Shown here in pieces: positions 62,301-64,000 of a stretch of DNA of 64,000 nt (the first letter of the stretch is position 1; every line of letters starts with the position of its first letter). A program made the translations under genes and the position numbers. Origin of the DNA: Oopsacas minuta. Its lineage: Eukaryota; Animalia; Porifera. A model generated the notes under the pieces. It was not told the origin of the DNA, did no database searches, and saw nothing but the letters and a program-made list of their open reading frames with translations. The stretch covers positions 29,053 to 93,052 of the forward strand of contig JAKMXF010000331.1 of assembly GCA_024704765.1 (NCBI GenBank), written 5' to 3'.

Positions 62301-63130
62301 GCCCATCGCTCTACAGTAGATCTGGAAGGGCAATCCACGTACAATATCTCCTGTAACTTGCTGAAGATCTGTACCGGCTGGATCTTGAGTATTGTGCGAA
62401 ACTCTATGTAAGCTCGCCATTTGAGGTTGAAATTATCATCCTTTGAAGCCATAAACTCAACAGTGAGTATAAATTGACTACACGTAACTATCTCAAAAAT
62501 TCATAATTTGTATTGAATAAGCTTGAAACTTTCAGTATATGGAGTTCAACTATATGGGCTTGTAATATATGAAAGTTAGATATATTACTTGACTAATTCC
62601 TGAGATATATCATGACCCGAAAGACTCATTGAGCGCCCTGATATCCCGAGTGGAAGGACTCAGATTTGAAATTATGAGAAATCCATTCACTTTCTCCCCT
62701 CAAGCAATACTAGACGATGATGATCATGATCGTTCACAGGAAGAATTGATAGACCTAATTAATGGTGGATTTGCCGAAGAACTATTTGAATGAGAAGAAT
62801 TGAGTACCTTTTGGTGTTCAATGGAGGAGTCAATGCTCTTCTCACTGAAATTATCCTGAAAAGACTTTTGTCTTTCCCTACCACCTACCTTTGCGAATCA
62901 GGGTTTTCAGCTTTTCTACAAATAAAAACAACCGCAAGAAATAAATTGAAAGCAAAGATGACCTCCGTTGTGTACTTACAAATACAGATCCCGAAATTCA
63001 GGATTTAGTTAAGGATAAACAGCTACATCCTTCTCATTGATCAAATATATCTCACCAGGAAATTAGGGGGTCGCGAATTAAAGGGAGAACTTTTAGGGGG
63101 TCGCCAGAGAAACAAGTTTGGGAACCACTG
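59363..63130 (+). mobile_element. hAT Buster/Charlie-type (ZBED5/8-like) transposon interrupted by mariner copy 2
   Basis: CAGTGGTTCTCAAACTGGGGGTCGCG...GTTTGGGAACCACTG; TSD ATATAGGG/ATATAGGA (7/8); MKPSKLKRH, LQLDESTD, CTDDAPAM, HCMIHRQAL, FPTTYLCESGFS. Confidence 0.92.
61207..62641 (-). mobile_element. mariner (DD34D), copy 2, both TIRs present (529-N gap)
   Basis: TA|CTAGGGCGCTCAATAAGTCTTGCGGG...CCCGAAAGACTCATTGAGCGCCCTGA|TA; ORF starts MASKDDNFNLKWRAYIEFR. Confidence 0.92.
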
Positions 63131-63912
63131 ATATAGGAGGTTTGGAATCTCCAAAATCCAGTAGAACTCGGGTAAGACGTACTCCTTGGGGAAACAACAA
63201 TAGTACGTAATGACTGACATTTAGTGCATCTGGTTAAACTAATTATTAAACAGCTAAATTTCTTGATGCTTTGGGTGGCTGCACGACCGGATATCATCGG
63301 TGCTAAGCACGGTGAGATGAATTTTTTCGGAAATTTGTATCCTCTATTATCCATAGTCCATCGAAATTCCAGTTAATGGCTTTCCGTGGCAATACAGAAT
63401 GTGCTACGGGAGTTTGGCTAAGAACCTGGCCACTTCGTGCCTAAAGTATTCAAAACTTCCAATATTTCAAAATTCGGGGAATTTGGTCTTTCTTAATTCA
63501 TGATGATGTAATAAACCATGATAAGTTAGCATTCATATCATTTGGCATATTTAGGGGTACATGTGATTCAAGTTTCAAACTTCTATGATGTTTAATGGGT
63601 GAGCAGTGGCCATTAAGGTGCTTATTCGAAAATACAAAAAGGGCGAGAATGACGTCATAATTTAGTCATAGGTCAGGACTTCATACAAGAGTCGAAATTG
63701 TACGAGCCAGGCCCAAAATTCTATACCATCATGCAAATTTGGGAAATTGAAAATATAAACTGACATGTATTTTCTAAAATAATAATAGGCCACTGAAAAT
63801 AGAAACAAGTTTGAGCACCGCAGTCCACATCTGATTTGGGTAACGCACCAATATTGGAACTATTGTCATTTTTGACATTATTAACAAATTCCTCAATGTA
63901 TTTGAACTAGAG

Positions 63913-64000
63913 CAGTGCTTCTCAAACTTTTTTATGTCGCGGCCCCAAAGTTTCTCCATTACAATTCCACGGACCCCTGCTTGTTGGTCTCATTTTTAGT
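63913..64000 (+). mobile_element. Left end of another hAT-type element running off the window
   Basis: aactagag|CAGTGCTTCTCAAACTTTTT...GCGGCCCC terminus. Confidence 0.55.

Overview
AT-rich eukaryotic (animal-type) genomic DNA with five N-gaps. The only host gene I can support is a minus-strand EML5/EML6-like (echinoderm microtubule-associated protein-like, WD40/TAPE) gene. Three of its exons are visible (55487-55816, 41911-42366, 4770-5128). They join in frame at canonical GT-AG sites across introns of 13.1 kb and 36.8 kb, and the gene runs off both window ends. The introns are a dense, nested collection of mostly decayed transposons: Tc1 (DD34E, DD37E), mariner (DD34D), maT (DD37D), pogo/Tigger (DD32D), hAT (SPIN-like and Buster-like), Ginger2, four Transib (RAG1-related) elements or fragments, Chapaev3, a NOF-like MULE, a possibly Academ-like transposase, CR1/L2 LINE remnants, Helitron-like repeats and many foldback MITEs. 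The most notable observations are: (1) two distinct Transib families that both have RSS-heptamer (CACAGTG) ends with the same asymmetric 7/16-bp spacer before a 13-bp motif; (2) a Tigger-type element carrying a divergently oriented HIRAN-like cargo ORF, disrupted by a clean 4-bp-microhomology inversion whose reversal restores both reading frames; (3) a Transib inserted in another Transib with an apparent 6-bp target duplication; (4) an intron-containing Ginger2 element with palindromic TIR units; (5) unexplained ~370-bp, ~99% identical inverted repeats. I saw no rRNA, tRNA or CRISPR features. Family assignments come from recalled motifs, not database searches, and the organism cannot be identified from the sequence alone.
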